In this document: in pieces, positions 38,507-48,634 of the stretch | Layout: each line of letters begins with the position of its first letter | How positions within the stretch are numbered: position 1 is the first letter of the stretch | Assembly: GCA_007694165.1 (NCBI GenBank) | Contig: RECE01000245.1 | Span: 4,962-68,961 of the forward strand | Reading direction: 5' to 3' | DNA: 64,000 bases | Source of the DNA: Bacteroidota bacterium | GTDB taxonomy: Bacteria; Bacteroidota; Bacteroidia; Bacteroidales; UBA7960 | The notes under the pieces: model-generated | What the model saw: the letters and a program-made list of their open reading frames with translations, nothing else | What the model was told of the DNA's origin: nothing | Database searches by the model: none | Translations under genes and position numbers: made by a program

Positions 38507-40231
38507 ATGTTGCTCCCCAGGATTTTAACGGTTTACCTTTTTTTTGTTTTGGCATACTCAGATGCCATGGCTCAAAATCTACACAGTCATAATGAGGCCT
38601 ACCAGGTGCTCGGGAACAGGGGAGAAGTATATTTCACATTCAGGGTTGATGATCATCAGCTTTTGAATGAATTCAGCGCTGTAATCTCTATTGACCGTTA
38701 CGACCCGCTTACCGGTTATGTCTATGCCTATGCCAACCAAAAAGGTTTTGAATCTTTCATTGACTATAATGTTGTTTATGAGATTCTTACAGCCCCATCG
38801 CTTACCACTGAAAAAAGTCAAATCAATATGCTTTCTTCTGTAGATGTGGCCAACATCAGTTCATGGGATTTTTACCCCACCTATCCGGCATATGAAAGCA
38901 TGATGTTACAGTTTGAAAACCTGTTTCCCGATTTGTATGAAAGCATTGAGTTGTCAACCCTCCCTTCGGGGCGCAAGCTGATTTTTGGCAGAATTACCTC
39001 CAATGTTAATCAGGAGCATGAAAAGCCCAGGTTTATGTACACATCAACTATGCATGGTGATGAAACAGCAGGGTTTAATCTGATGTTGAGAATGATACAT
39101 TATCTGCTGAATAACTATGGCGAAGATGAAGCAGTAACCCATCTGCTCGATAATCTTGAGATCTGGATATGCCCCAACGAAAATCCTGACGGAACATACA
39201 CTACCAATAATGCAACAATTAGTGGGGCCACCCGGGGTAATGCCAATTTTGTTGACTTAAACCGTAATTACCCAAACCCCATTACAGTGCCTGAGCCTGT
39301 TATTCAGCCTGAAACAAATGCAATGATCAGCCTTGTGCAAGATTATGATTACGTTATGTCATCAAATATGCATGGGGGTATTGAATGCGTAAACTATCCA
39401 TGGGATAGCTGGACCTCGGGCGAAAAAATACATGCCGATCATTACTGGTGGCAACTGGTTATGCATGAATACGCTGATACAGCGCGATATTTCAGTCCTG
39501 CCGGATATATGGACCCCTGGGGACCCTCTTTCAACAATGGCGTAACCCACGGAGGTGACTGGTACGTTATATACGGCAGCAGGCAGGATTACATGAATTA
39601 CTACGCCAGTTTAAGAGAGTTTACCCTTGAGCTGTCTGATATAAAGTTGTTGCCCACCAGCTTGCTCGAAGACCACTGGCAATACAACTACCGTTCCATG
39701 CTCAATTATATGCAACAAAGTTTATACGGTATCAGGGGCAAAGTGACAGATATAAATACTGGTGAACCTGTAAGAGCAATCATAGAACTTGCAGGACATG
39801 ATAAAGATAATATCTTTGTATACTCTTCTGCTGAGCACGGAGGGTTTAACAGGCCGGTGCTTGAAGGAACCTATACCATGAGGATTCAGGCAGAAGGATA
39901 TCCAATGAAAACCATTCAGAACATTTCTGCCCAAAACTATCAAACAACCTGGCTTGATATTCAATTGGGTATTTACCTTTCATCTCCATCCTTTCAGTTG
40001 CAAACCAATCAACTGATTTACCCCAATCCGGCCAGGGATGAAGTTTCGGTGATGGGCTTACCCGAAGCAGAATCCATCATGATTATTGATGTAAGTGGAC
40101 GGTTGCTTTTAGAGCAACAGCTATCGGGCAGCCCAACCCAATTCAATATTTCTCACTTGCCTGCCGGTATTTACCTGGTCCGGGTTTTTACCAGGGAAGC
40201 TGTTTACCAGCAAAAGCTGATAAAAAAATAG
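38507..40231 (+). CDS. M14 zinc carboxypeptidase with T9SS C-terminal domain (Cpg70-like)
   Basis: MHGDE, NPDG, DLNRNY, NMHGG, FTLELS; transthyretin-like domain; CTD IYPNPA...GIYLVRV...QKLIKK. Confidence 0.9.
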   Translation: MLLPRILTVYLFFVLAYSDAMAQNLHSHNEAYQVLGNRGEVYFTFRVDDHQLLNEFSAVISIDRYDPLTGYVYAYANQKGFESFIDYNVVYEILTAPSLTTEKSQINMLSSVDVANISSWDFYPTYPAYESMMLQFENLFPDLYESIELSTLPSGRKLIFGRITSNVNQEHEKPRFMYTSTMHGDETAGFNLMLRMIHYLLNNYGEDEAVTHLLDNLEIWICPNENPDGTYTTNNATISGATRGNANFVDLNRNYPNPITVPEPVIQPETNAMISLVQDYDYVMSSNMHGGIECVNYPWDSWTSGEKIHADHYWWQLVMHEYADTARYFSPAGYMDPWGPSFNNGVTHGGDWYVIYGSRQDYMNYYASLREFTLELSDIKLLPTSLLEDHWQYNYRSMLNYMQQSLYGIRGKVTDINTGEPVRAIIELAGHDKDNIFVYSSAEHGGFNRPVLEGTYTMRIQAEGYPMKTIQNISAQNYQTTWLDIQLGIYLSSPSFQLQTNQLIYPNPARDEVSVMGLPEAESIMIIDVSGRLLLEQQLSGSPTQFNISHLPAGIYLVRVFTREAVYQQKLIKK

Positions 40232-40280
40232 TTCCCCGGAAAAACTCTTGTTTAGTGGTTATTGTATAGCTGGCTCTATG

Positions 40281-43022
40281 TCACCCTGTACTTTTCAGCC
40301 CTGCTGACAGGGCAGTAGTGAGCATCAAAAGTCTGTCGAGCATGTAATCTTTGGTTGCTTTTTCTGCCTCACTCATCGCACGCCATTCTTTGAGCTGCCC
40401 GATGTGTAGCTTGTGAAGGATATGCAATGCGTTTTTGCGTCTGTCAATATTGTCCAGCAAGCTATGCCGTCTGTTCTCTGATTCTTCTCCCATTAGCTCA
40501 ATCAATTCATCCTTGGCTGTATGAAACTCGTCCATTATCATGGAAGTAAATTCCTCCTTCAGTTTTGGGTCTTCTACCAGGTTGGCATATTGCTGCATCA
40601 GAGATTCATCAGCATTGAGCAAATTGGTTTCTATATGGATGAGGGTATAGCGCAAGAAAGGCCATTTATGGGTAAACTCTTTAAACTGGCTGAAAAGCTC
40701 AGGGTGGTCATTTCTCATGCTCTTCAATGCATAGCCAGCGCCAAACCAGGCAGTCAGGTTGAACCTTGACTGGTTCCAGCTAAAGACCCAGGGGATAGCC
40801 CTTAAATCGTCCAGTGTGCGCTGACCAGTCCTGCGGGCAGGTCGCGAACCAATCCTGCTGCGTTCCAGCAAATCGATAGGGGTGGCCTGTCCGTAAAAAT
40901 CAATAAACCCTGGTTTTTTAATCAACTCCTGGTACTTATTCATGGATAACTCTGCCAGTTTCTTTAGTGCGTTGTAAGGGTATTCGGGGCGCTTTTCAAT
41001 CGCATAGGTATAAGCTGTTTGAAGGGCAGTGCCCGAAAGTAACATCTCAAGATTATAGGTGGCATTCAAAAGGTTGGCAAACTGCTGTGCAATGGTTTCA
41101 CCCTGAACCGTGAGCTTGATTTCACCACTCATAGTTCCCCGAGGCATGCTTTCAAGGAAACGATGATACTTTCCTCCTCCGCGGCTTATGGTGCCTCCGA
41201 TACCATGGAAGAATTTCAGTTTTACATTGTGCTTTTGAGCAACAGCGGTTAACTTTTCCTCAACCTGGTATATATTCCAGCGGCTTGCAAGAATACCCCC
41301 ATCTTTATTGCTGTCGCTGTATCCAAGCATAACCTCCTGCACGTTGCGGCCATGCGCTTTGCGTGCTTGTGTCATGGGATGGGAAAGAAATGCATCAAGC
41401 ACCTTATCGGATTGCTGAAGGTCTTCGATGGTTTCGAATAAGGGTACCACCTGTAGGGGTACATTCAACATTCCTACTTCACGCATAAAAAGGTAAACAA
41501 CCAGCAAATCGCTCAAATCTCTGGTCATACTCACGATAAGAGAGCCGATCCCCTGGTGTCCGTATTTATCTGAATGCTCTTTCAGCACTGAAAAGCAGGA
41601 GATTATTTTATCAGCTTCAGGCCCCACGCAGGTACCTGAAACCACAAACGGACGATTGGTCTGAAGTTCTGCAGACAAAAACTCTACTCTTTTCGCTTCA
41701 CTCCAACTGCTGTATTCCCAGTCTTCAACCGATGCTGCTTTAAGCATTTGCTCCAGGGCTTTTTCATGGAAGGTGCTGTTCTGGCGAATATCCAGCCTCA
41801 CCAGGTGAAAACCAAAGCATTGCACCTGTCTTTCCAGCGCAAACAAAAGGTCTTCAGCAATTCTGTGGGCACCAATCTCAATAAGACTGTTTCTGAGAAT
41901 CTCCAGATCCAGTTGTAGTTGCTCTGCTGATTTGTAATGGGCATCGTTTTCGGTCTGGCTTTCGTCCAGTGTATTTTTCAACTTTACCAGCATCAGGTTT
42001 ACATACTGTCGCCAGGGTTCACGAGGGTTTCTTCTTATAGCTTTTCCTCCTTTTTCACCCAATGCATTTTGCAACTGGCCTATGGCATTGTGAAAAAAAG
42101 AAGGAACAGGGTTTTGCGCATCAGAGAAAGTAATTTTGGCTGCAAGTTCTTTCAGGCTGTCTACAATAATATTCAGAGCTGCTTTTCGGTGTATCTGCAA
42201 GGTAGATTGGGTAACATATGCACTCACAAAAGGATGGCCGTCGCGGTCTCCACCAACCCAGCTGCCAAATTGCAGCAAAGGAAAGTCTGAGGGCTTGCTT
42301 AAGGTGGATGAATTAAAACCCATTGACTTCCAGGTATACTTCAGTCTTTGATCAGTAAGCTGCAGTGCTCTGGGAAATACCTTTGTATAAAAGTGAAGCA
42401 CATTTTTTCGTTCAGCCTCAAGATCCGGTTTTGCCAGATGCACCTCCCGGGTACGCCACCATCGCTCCAGCAATGACTTTACATCATCATCGATAGCTTC
42501 CTGTTCGGAAGAAGACCACATCTGGTTTTCTTTTTTTACCAGTTGCAGGTAGACATCTCTGTGAAGGTCCAGTATCGAGGTTCTTTTGGCTTCTGTGGGA
42601 TGGGCCGTAAGTACAGGTGTAACACGCACCCTGGCGAGAATTTTCGCAATCTGCTCTTCATTCAGACCTTCCTTCTTCATCCTGCCAAAAGTTTCTGCCC
42701 ATGAACCTCGAATAGCTTCCATTCCCATGGTATTCTCCAGGTTCCTTCGAAACTGCACAGTTGCATTTTCTTCTACCAGATTCATTAGCTGGAAGCCAAT
42801 ACTTGAAACCTGTATAAGTTTTTCCTGTGAGCCTTCAGGGGGTAATTCAGTTTCGGCTTTATTGTTCGGTTCAGGCAACATCTCTGCTATCTTTTCTTCT
42901 TTCAGCTCTTTTAGCACTTCTTTGAAGGTTGTTGTAATGGCCTGAAGATCCTTATGTATTTTTTGAAGTCCATTCTTTTCAATTTCTCTTTGCCTTGCTG
43001 CCTTGTTTTCCATATCTGACAT
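40281..43022 (-). CDS. ppc: Phosphoenolpyruvate carboxylase
   Basis: VLTAHPTE, GSWVGGDRDG, PLFETI, QEVMLGYSDSNKDGG, LRAIPWVFSW, C-terminal GLKSTG; TATCTTTG -7 box at 43139-43146. Confidence 0.95.
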   Translation of the reverse strand: MSDMENKAARQREIEKNGLQKIHKDLQAITTTFKEVLKELKEEKIAEMLPEPNNKAETELPPEGSQEKLIQVSSIGFQLMNLVEENATVQFRRNLENTMGMEAIRGSWAETFGRMKKEGLNEEQIAKILARVRVTPVLTAHPTEAKRTSILDLHRDVYLQLVKKENQMWSSSEQEAIDDDVKSLLERWWRTREVHLAKPDLEAERKNVLHFYTKVFPRALQLTDQRLKYTWKSMGFNSSTLSKPSDFPLLQFGSWVGGDRDGHPFVSAYVTQSTLQIHRKAALNIIVDSLKELAAKITFSDAQNPVPSFFHNAIGQLQNALGEKGGKAIRRNPREPWRQYVNLMLVKLKNTLDESQTENDAHYKSAEQLQLDLEILRNSLIEIGAHRIAEDLLFALERQVQCFGFHLVRLDIRQNSTFHEKALEQMLKAASVEDWEYSSWSEAKRVEFLSAELQTNRPFVVSGTCVGPEADKIISCFSVLKEHSDKYGHQGIGSLIVSMTRDLSDLLVVYLFMREVGMLNVPLQVVPLFETIEDLQQSDKVLDAFLSHPMTQARKAHGRNVQEVMLGYSDSNKDGGILASRWNIYQVEEKLTAVAQKHNVKLKFFHGIGGTISRGGGKYHRFLESMPRGTMSGEIKLTVQGETIAQQFANLLNATYNLEMLLSGTALQTAYTYAIEKRPEYPYNALKKLAELSMNKYQELIKKPGFIDFYGQATPIDLLERSRIGSRPARRTGQRTLDDLRAIPWVFSWNQSRFNLTAWFGAGYALKSMRNDHPELFSQFKEFTHKWPFLRYTLIHIETNLLNADESLMQQYANLVEDPKLKEEFTSMIMDEFHTAKDELIELMGEESENRRHSLLDNIDRRKNALHILHKLHIGQLKEWRAMSEAEKATKDYMLDRLLMLTTALSAGLKSTG

Positions 43023-43357
43023 TAATTTGAAGTTTGTTGGATTCGAAACTATTCTCCCCTTTTCTGTAAAAGTAGTTAACTACCAATGAGAAATATTTCA
43101 GGGAATGAGCCTTTTGGGTAAGATTAGTATTATCCTTGCAAAGATATCCAAAGGAGAATTAAAAACATAATGTCAGAATTTGTCATTTGGTGGTTTTAGT
43201 TTTTGTTAATACAATATCTTCCGACGAAGATACAATGGCAAGGTTGGGTGAATACTTATCGGGATGGTTTAGCGTTATTGGTTTGTCTGCAAACAAATGT
43301 ATATTTGTATAGGCAAGTTATGTATTGTCAACCAGCCACCACTTATTGAATTTGAAA

Positions 43358-44506
43358 ATGTTTAAGAAGAAGGTTTATTTCCCGATAATTTTTCTCTTTT
43401 GGGCCCTGTCAGCGTTCACTTCAGAAAATCGCTCTCAGGGAGACAACTGCAGGCAATACGCTCCTTCCTACGCTGATAGTGTTGCTGATTTGCTTCGGAA
43501 GGAATTAACTGACAGGCTTCCTGCTGTGTTGCTTGACTGGGAGCATAGTTGCGGTTTAAGCGAACCGTTGTTCAGGATAAGGATGTTGCAGTTGATATCA
43601 GAAGGGCAGTTTCCCGGGTATCTGAGCGAGAAGGACATGCTTGACTATGCAGTTGCTTTTGACATAAGGGATGCAATAACAGCGCGTGAAAATTTAGAAG
43701 AAAGGGAGGAGTATTATGAATTGTACGCCGGATACTTTGGCTATATCCCTTTAAACAGTGGTTTCGACAGACAAACAGAAAGGTGGGCCAGTCGTATGCT
43801 TGCCAGGTTTTCGCCCGAAGATCCTGAATGGGCATGGCTGAGTTTGTATAGTGGAGATACCCAATCCTTTTTCTTGATACTTCGGGAGGACAAATACAAG
43901 GGGGCTGAATTGTCAGAGGTTTATAAGGAACGGGTTGCCTATTTTCAGAAAAAACCTGAACTAAATATGGGAATTGGCACTGGAATTTGGATACCTACTG
44001 CTGATTTGGAAATTATTGGGATGAAGCCAATTCTTGAGATTTTTGCCGGAATAAAAACCCAAAATACTTTTTACGATTTGGTTTTCTCCATGCGTTTTGG
44101 CCAAACCAAAAATCCCTTTGAGCTTGTTGCCAGGGATAGTATTGTGGAAACCAGAAACTATCAGGGTGGCTTTATAGGAATAGAAATTACACGGATGTTT
44201 TTTAAATCGGGCCGTTATGAGACAGGTTTGTATGTTTCAGGTGGGTACGATTTGATGGATATTATAGAGGACCGACAGGATCCGGTAAGAGAAACCTTTG
44301 CTGCTGCAGCCCTGCAACTTGGGCCTGTAATTACTTATAATTTCCACAACCGCAGTCGTATAAGCTTAAAAGCTGGCTATTCGCTGATGAATCATAAAAG
44401 TACCGGAGGTTCCTCCCTACAGGGCAATGCGTGGAATTTGAGAATTCTTTTCGGATTCTCAGACAATGCCAGAAAAACCGAAAACCTCCGAAGGCTGGGA
44501 TATTAA
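43358..44506 (+). CDS. Hypothetical exported protein (helical N-half, probable 8-stranded beta-barrel C-half)
   Basis: ORF 43325..44506, probable ATG at 43358; signal peptide; alternating amphipathic strands in the C-half; TATATTTG box at 43300-43307. Confidence 0.7.
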   Translation: MFKKKVYFPIIFLFWALSAFTSENRSQGDNCRQYAPSYADSVADLLRKELTDRLPAVLLDWEHSCGLSEPLFRIRMLQLISEGQFPGYLSEKDMLDYAVAFDIRDAITARENLEEREEYYELYAGYFGYIPLNSGFDRQTERWASRMLARFSPEDPEWAWLSLYSGDTQSFFLILREDKYKGAELSEVYKERVAYFQKKPELNMGIGTGIWIPTADLEIIGMKPILEIFAGIKTQNTFYDLVFSMRFGQTKNPFELVARDSIVETRNYQGGFIGIEITRMFFKSGRYETGLYVSGGYDLMDIIEDRQDPVRETFAAAALQLGPVITYNFHNRSRISLKAGYSLMNHKSTGGSSLQGNAWNLRILFGFSDNARKTENLRRLGY

Positions 44507-46863
44507 AGTTCTATTCCTCTAACAGCTAAATAACGGATTTTACCATTATTGCCTACCTGCTTTTTCAAATCCTTGTCTATATATTCTCCCTGAAGGCTGA
44601 TTTCTATATTTTGGTGGCTATCGATGAAACGAACAACTTCGTGGTGCAGCTTTATATGGGATTCTGTTTCTTCTCCTTCTGAGAGCTGCTTTTCGGGATT
44701 GATAAGATAGAGACGGTCTGAAGGTTTTAGTTTAAACTCATAAATACCCGAAAAAGAATTGGTAATACCGGGATTGTCAAAAATCCGGGACGTTGGATCT
44801 ATCAGCTGCAATTCCTGGTAATCAAACATAGGCCTGAATATACTACCGGGATTTCTGGCTATGGCAAGCCCGAGAATAGTAGCTTCAGAGGTGAATCTTA
44901 CTTTGTAATCTGTTTTATTGAGATGCAACATGGCAAAGTTCAGGTTGAAGGCATCTTCGCCTGTTGTAAAGCTGGATGTGATAGTACGAAAATATTCCTT
45001 GAGCTGGATGAGATACTCGTTTGGTTTTTTTATGAAGTCAATCTTCAAATGATTGTCAACAAAAGAGCCAAGTGCAATATTCAGCAATTTTTTATCTACC
45101 GGAAGAAGATGGGTATCTGCAATCAAAATAAGTGCATGATCGTTCCATTGTCTTACCGTGCATATGTCAGGTAGTTTCTGTTCTTCACCTAAATGAACTT
45201 CAAAGTATTTATTGGCAAATATTTGTTTTAATTCATCGGGGCACTTATTGTGCTTTTCAGAAATAATTTGTGCCAGTTGCAAAGTTTGTGCTGCTTGTTG
45301 CAGCTGCAAAATATTTTCATTCTCCAGCTGGCCAATATTTCTGCTTGCCTCTACCAGCTGATCTTCCTGTTTTTTTATCATTTCTACATTGTCCGAAATG
45401 ATGCTCTTTTGCTTTCCAATTTCCATATTGGTGATTTTCTTTTGATTGAAATGCACCAGGGTAGCAATGGTAAGAATGATAACAAAGGCAAGTACAATGA
45501 AAATTGTATTCACCATTTGATTCTTTCTTTTCAGTTCAATTTTGTTTTTTTCAATTTGCAGGCTCTGCAGATCAATCATCTGTTGTTTCTGCTCTGATTG
45601 AAAATAAGCATCCATTTCATTAATTTGCCTCTGATTTGCAATGTTTAGCAATGAATCACTGTATTGCTTGTATTCCTGAAAATAGTTTAGTGCATTTCTA
45701 TACCTTTCCTGACCTTCGCTGATACTGGATAAAACTTTGAGCGATTGTGCCTGATCTTCCAGCGATTCTACTTCTCTGGCAAGCTGCAAACTCTTTTGCG
45801 CCAATTCAATTGCCTGGTTGAAATTTCTAAGCCTCATTAAGCTGATAGCCTTATTTCTGAGTACAGATGCTTCCGTGTGCTTGTGTCCTGCCTGCTGAGA
45901 AATGGCCAGTGCTTTCTCATAATGTTCCAGTGCTTTAGGGCTATTGCCTTCCTTTGAATAAAGAATGCCCATATTAAGCAGTGCTTGTCCCTGAATTCTC
46001 ATGTCGTTGGCAGTAACTGCATGATAAAGAGCTTTCTGGTAATGCTTGTCTGCATTGTTGGAATCATTGTGCTGATAGTAGAGTGCTCCCAGGCTAAGAT
46101 TAATGGATGCAATACTAGAGTGGTCTTCCAGTTCATCCAGAAGATCGAGGGCGGTAAGGTAGTTTTCTTTTGCTTTAGAAAAGTTCCCCATTGAATTATA
46201 AATATTCCCTATTCCCAGATAGGCCAGGCCTTCGTCTCTGAAATTTTCAAATTCCCTGAAATAGCCTAATGCCGTCTGGTAATAATCGAGGCTCTTTAGA
46301 TAATTGCCTCTTACATAGTGTATGGTGGCCAGATTGGTGTTTAATGAAGCGATATTATCCTGAATGTTATGCTCTTCAGCGATTTCAAGCGCTTTAACAA
46401 AATGTTCTGCTGCTGCGGTAAGATCGCCAAGGTAGTAGTAATTGCTACCGATGCTGAGTTTGATCCTTATTTTTTGACTGTATTGTTTGAGTTCAGAGAG
46501 CATCTCCAGCACTTTCATGCTGTTGTCAATACCTTCCTGGTATTTGCCCCATGCATTGTTTAAATGAATAATGTACCTGAGAGATTTGATTTCCAGCAAC
46601 TGCAGCTTTTCCTTGTGCTTTTTATTGGAAATATTACCCGGATTTCGGCTTAGTTCGAGCGCTTGCAGGTAAAAATGAAGGGCTGAGTCATAGTTTGTGT
46701 TTTCAAAGTAATCTCCCATCTGAAGGAGCAGCTCAATTTTCACAGTATCTACCCGTGTATTTTTAATTCTCGACTCCAAAACACCGATAGATTCATTCCC
46801 GATAGCGGCTATGTGGTTAATCAGAACAATAGAGGTCAGAAAGATTACTTTTCGCAGATACAT
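44503..46863 (-). CDS. TPR-repeat membrane sensor with coiled coil and degenerate SpoIIE/PP2C-like C-terminal domain
   Basis: About 7-8 TPRs (NLATIHY...ALxYY), TM helix IFIVLAFVIILTIATLV, coiled coil, then a C-terminal pattern that parallels SpoIIE but lacks the catalytic motifs. Confidence 0.8.
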   Translation of the reverse strand: MYLRKVIFLTSIVLINHIAAIGNESIGVLESRIKNTRVDTVKIELLLQMGDYFENTNYDSALHFYLQALELSRNPGNISNKKHKEKLQLLEIKSLRYIIHLNNAWGKYQEGIDNSMKVLEMLSELKQYSQKIRIKLSIGSNYYYLGDLTAAAEHFVKALEIAEEHNIQDNIASLNTNLATIHYVRGNYLKSLDYYQTALGYFREFENFRDEGLAYLGIGNIYNSMGNFSKAKENYLTALDLLDELEDHSSIASINLSLGALYYQHNDSNNADKHYQKALYHAVTANDMRIQGQALLNMGILYSKEGNSPKALEHYEKALAISQQAGHKHTEASVLRNKAISLMRLRNFNQAIELAQKSLQLAREVESLEDQAQSLKVLSSISEGQERYRNALNYFQEYKQYSDSLLNIANQRQINEMDAYFQSEQKQQMIDLQSLQIEKNKIELKRKNQMVNTIFIVLAFVIILTIATLVHFNQKKITNMEIGKQKSIISDNVEMIKKQEDQLVEASRNIGQLENENILQLQQAAQTLQLAQIISEKHNKCPDELKQIFANKYFEVHLGEEQKLPDICTVRQWNDHALILIADTHLLPVDKKLLNIALGSFVDNHLKIDFIKKPNEYLIQLKEYFRTITSSFTTGEDAFNLNFAMLHLNKTDYKVRFTSEATILGLAIARNPGSIFRPMFDYQELQLIDPTSRIFDNPGITNSFSGIYEFKLKPSDRLYLINPEKQLSEGEETESHIKLHHEVVRFIDSHQNIEISLQGEYIDKDLKKQVGNNGKIRYLAVRGIEL

Positions 46864-46981
46864 GTCAATTATTCGTTATACTATTTCCCATCCAACAAAA
46901 ATATATTTTTATTCTGAATGTGCAGAGTTTTTGTGAGAATATTTATTCGTTTTGACAGCAGATTTGTTTGCTTTGTGTTTT

Positions 46982-47213
46982 TAGTGGCGGGGTGAGTGGT
47001 AGTCACCCCGTAACTTTTGGGTTTTACCGCTGGTGACGGGGCCACTCCAAGTGACCCCGCCACTATCTCCAGCACCGTGGTCAGATGATTTCCAACTCGT
47101 GCGACCACTAATCTCACGCTTTAGCGCACTAAACCCTGGAGGATTTTGGAAACCTCCAAGGTTTTATGGTGCACCCATAGTGACGGGGCCACTTCAAGTG
47201 ACCCCGCCACTAT
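46982..47213. repeat. Cluster of five GC-rich palindromic (REP-like) hairpins
   Basis: A 34-bp unit GTGACGGGGCCACT(C/T)CAAGTGACCCCGCCACTAT at 47033-47066 and 47180-47213; an inverted related copy at 46982-47015; unrelated hairpins at 47077-47108 and 47131-47164. Confidence 0.85.
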
Positions 47214-47280
47214 TTTCAAGTGCGCAGTGCTTATTCAAGTTTCATAACAGAAAAGTAATATGACTTACCACAGGAAAAAC

Positions 47281-47288
47281 TATATTTG
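47281..47288 (+). promoter_or_regulatory. -7 box (TATATTTG) upstream of the NPP gene
   Basis: TAnnTTTG 45 bp upstream of the ATG at 47333. Confidence 0.5.
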
Positions 47289-47332
47289 CATTTTCTCAGT
47301 AAATAATGTTTTATTCAATAAAAACCAACAAT

Positions 47333-48550
47333 ATGTATAGAGTAATTTTGATTGTATTTGTATCGATTGGGTTTGTGTTTTCTTCCTGCGGAAGTGAAGG
47401 CAGAATACCCGCTCAAGAGCAATATGTGGTAATGTTGTCCATGGATGGGTTCCGGTGGGACTATGCCTCCAGGGTAGAAACACCCTGGCTGGATTATATC
47501 GCCTCTAACGGGGTGATTGCGGAATATGTTAAGCCTGCTTTTCCCTCCAAAACATTTCCCAACCACTACAGCATGGCAACCGGCCTGTATCCTGATAATC
47601 ATGGAATAGTCGATAATAATTTTACATGCCCGGTGCATGGAACTTTTAGATTGGGTGATAGGGAATCTGTAGAAAATAGCGTTTTTTACTTAGGTGAACC
47701 CATTTGGGTTACTGCCGAAAAGCAAGATGTTACAACAGCCTCTTTTTTCTGGGTGGGTTCCGAAGCTCCTGTGCAGGGTATTCAGCCAACCTACTGGAAA
47801 AGATTTGATGGCAGGGTTCCTTTTACCAACCGAATGGATACTGTAATCAGCTGGTTGCAACTGGAAGAAGAGGTAAGGCCAAGGCTTGTTACATTTTATT
47901 TCCAGGAGCCTGACAGCCAGGGACATCGCACTGGACCTGACAGTCCCGAAATTGATGCACTTGTCATGGAACTTGATTCCCTGTTGGGGAACTTTATCGG
48001 TATGCTTAAAGAATTACCCATTTATGATAAAATCAATTTTATCGTAACCTCTGACCATGGCATGACAGAGGTAAGTCCGGACAGATATGTGAATATAGCC
48101 TCTTTTACACCTCGCGATTGGTATGAACGCAGCCATGGTGGCAATCCCATGCTGCACGTAACACCGAAAGAAGGAATGATGGATTCTGTATGGAATATCC
48201 TTCAAACCATTGAAAACGTAAGTGTCTGGAAAAAAGAAGATGTACCTGCAAGACTTAATTATGGTACAAACCCGCGTATTGAGGAGATTATAATACTTGC
48301 AGACAGCACCTGGAGTATTGGCTGGGGAAAGCCACGTTCGAATTATTATACCGGTGGAGCACACGGCTGGGACAATGCCAAAAAGGATATGCATACCATT
48401 TTTTATGCTATGGGGCCCTCTTTCAAGAAGGGACACAGACACTCTTCCATTGAAGTTGTGGACCTCTATCCTCTTATCACCAAAATTATGGGACTCGAAC
48501 CCGCTGAGGTGGATGGAAAACTGGAAAGGGTAGAGGGTATGCTCAGATAG
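47333..48550 (+). CDS. Ectonucleotide pyrophosphatase/phosphodiesterase (alkaline phosphatase superfamily) lipoprotein
   Basis: ORF 47306..48550, probable ATG at 47333; lipobox FSSC; SMDGFR, PSKTFPNH (Thr nucleophile), EPDSQGH, SDHGM, GAHG. Confidence 0.92.
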   Translation: MYRVILIVFVSIGFVFSSCGSEGRIPAQEQYVVMLSMDGFRWDYASRVETPWLDYIASNGVIAEYVKPAFPSKTFPNHYSMATGLYPDNHGIVDNNFTCPVHGTFRLGDRESVENSVFYLGEPIWVTAEKQDVTTASFFWVGSEAPVQGIQPTYWKRFDGRVPFTNRMDTVISWLQLEEEVRPRLVTFYFQEPDSQGHRTGPDSPEIDALVMELDSLLGNFIGMLKELPIYDKINFIVTSDHGMTEVSPDRYVNIASFTPRDWYERSHGGNPMLHVTPKEGMMDSVWNILQTIENVSVWKKEDVPARLNYGTNPRIEEIIILADSTWSIGWGKPRSNYYTGGAHGWDNAKKDMHTIFYAMGPSFKKGHRHSSIEVVDLYPLITKIMGLEPAEVDGKLERVEGMLR

Positions 48551-48580
48551 TACCTCTGACTACTTCACGCCATGTACAAC

Positions 48581-48605
48581 AAAAGGCCCGGATTTCGGGC
48601 CTTTT
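48581..48605. terminator. Bidirectional rho-independent terminator
   Basis: AAAAGGCCCG-gattt-CGGGCCTTTT between convergent genes. Confidence 0.85.
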
Positions 48606-48634
48606 GCTGTTTTAGTTAGATGTACTGGTGTATT

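Noticed and set aside
46982-47213. CRISPR array
   Set aside because: Only two direct copies, separated by a 113-bp gap that is itself palindromic; the third copy is inverted; no cas genes.
47033-47263. 76-aa ORF with repeated TGPLQVTPPL, and minus-strand ORF 46881..47117
   Set aside because: By-products of the GC-rich hairpin repeats.
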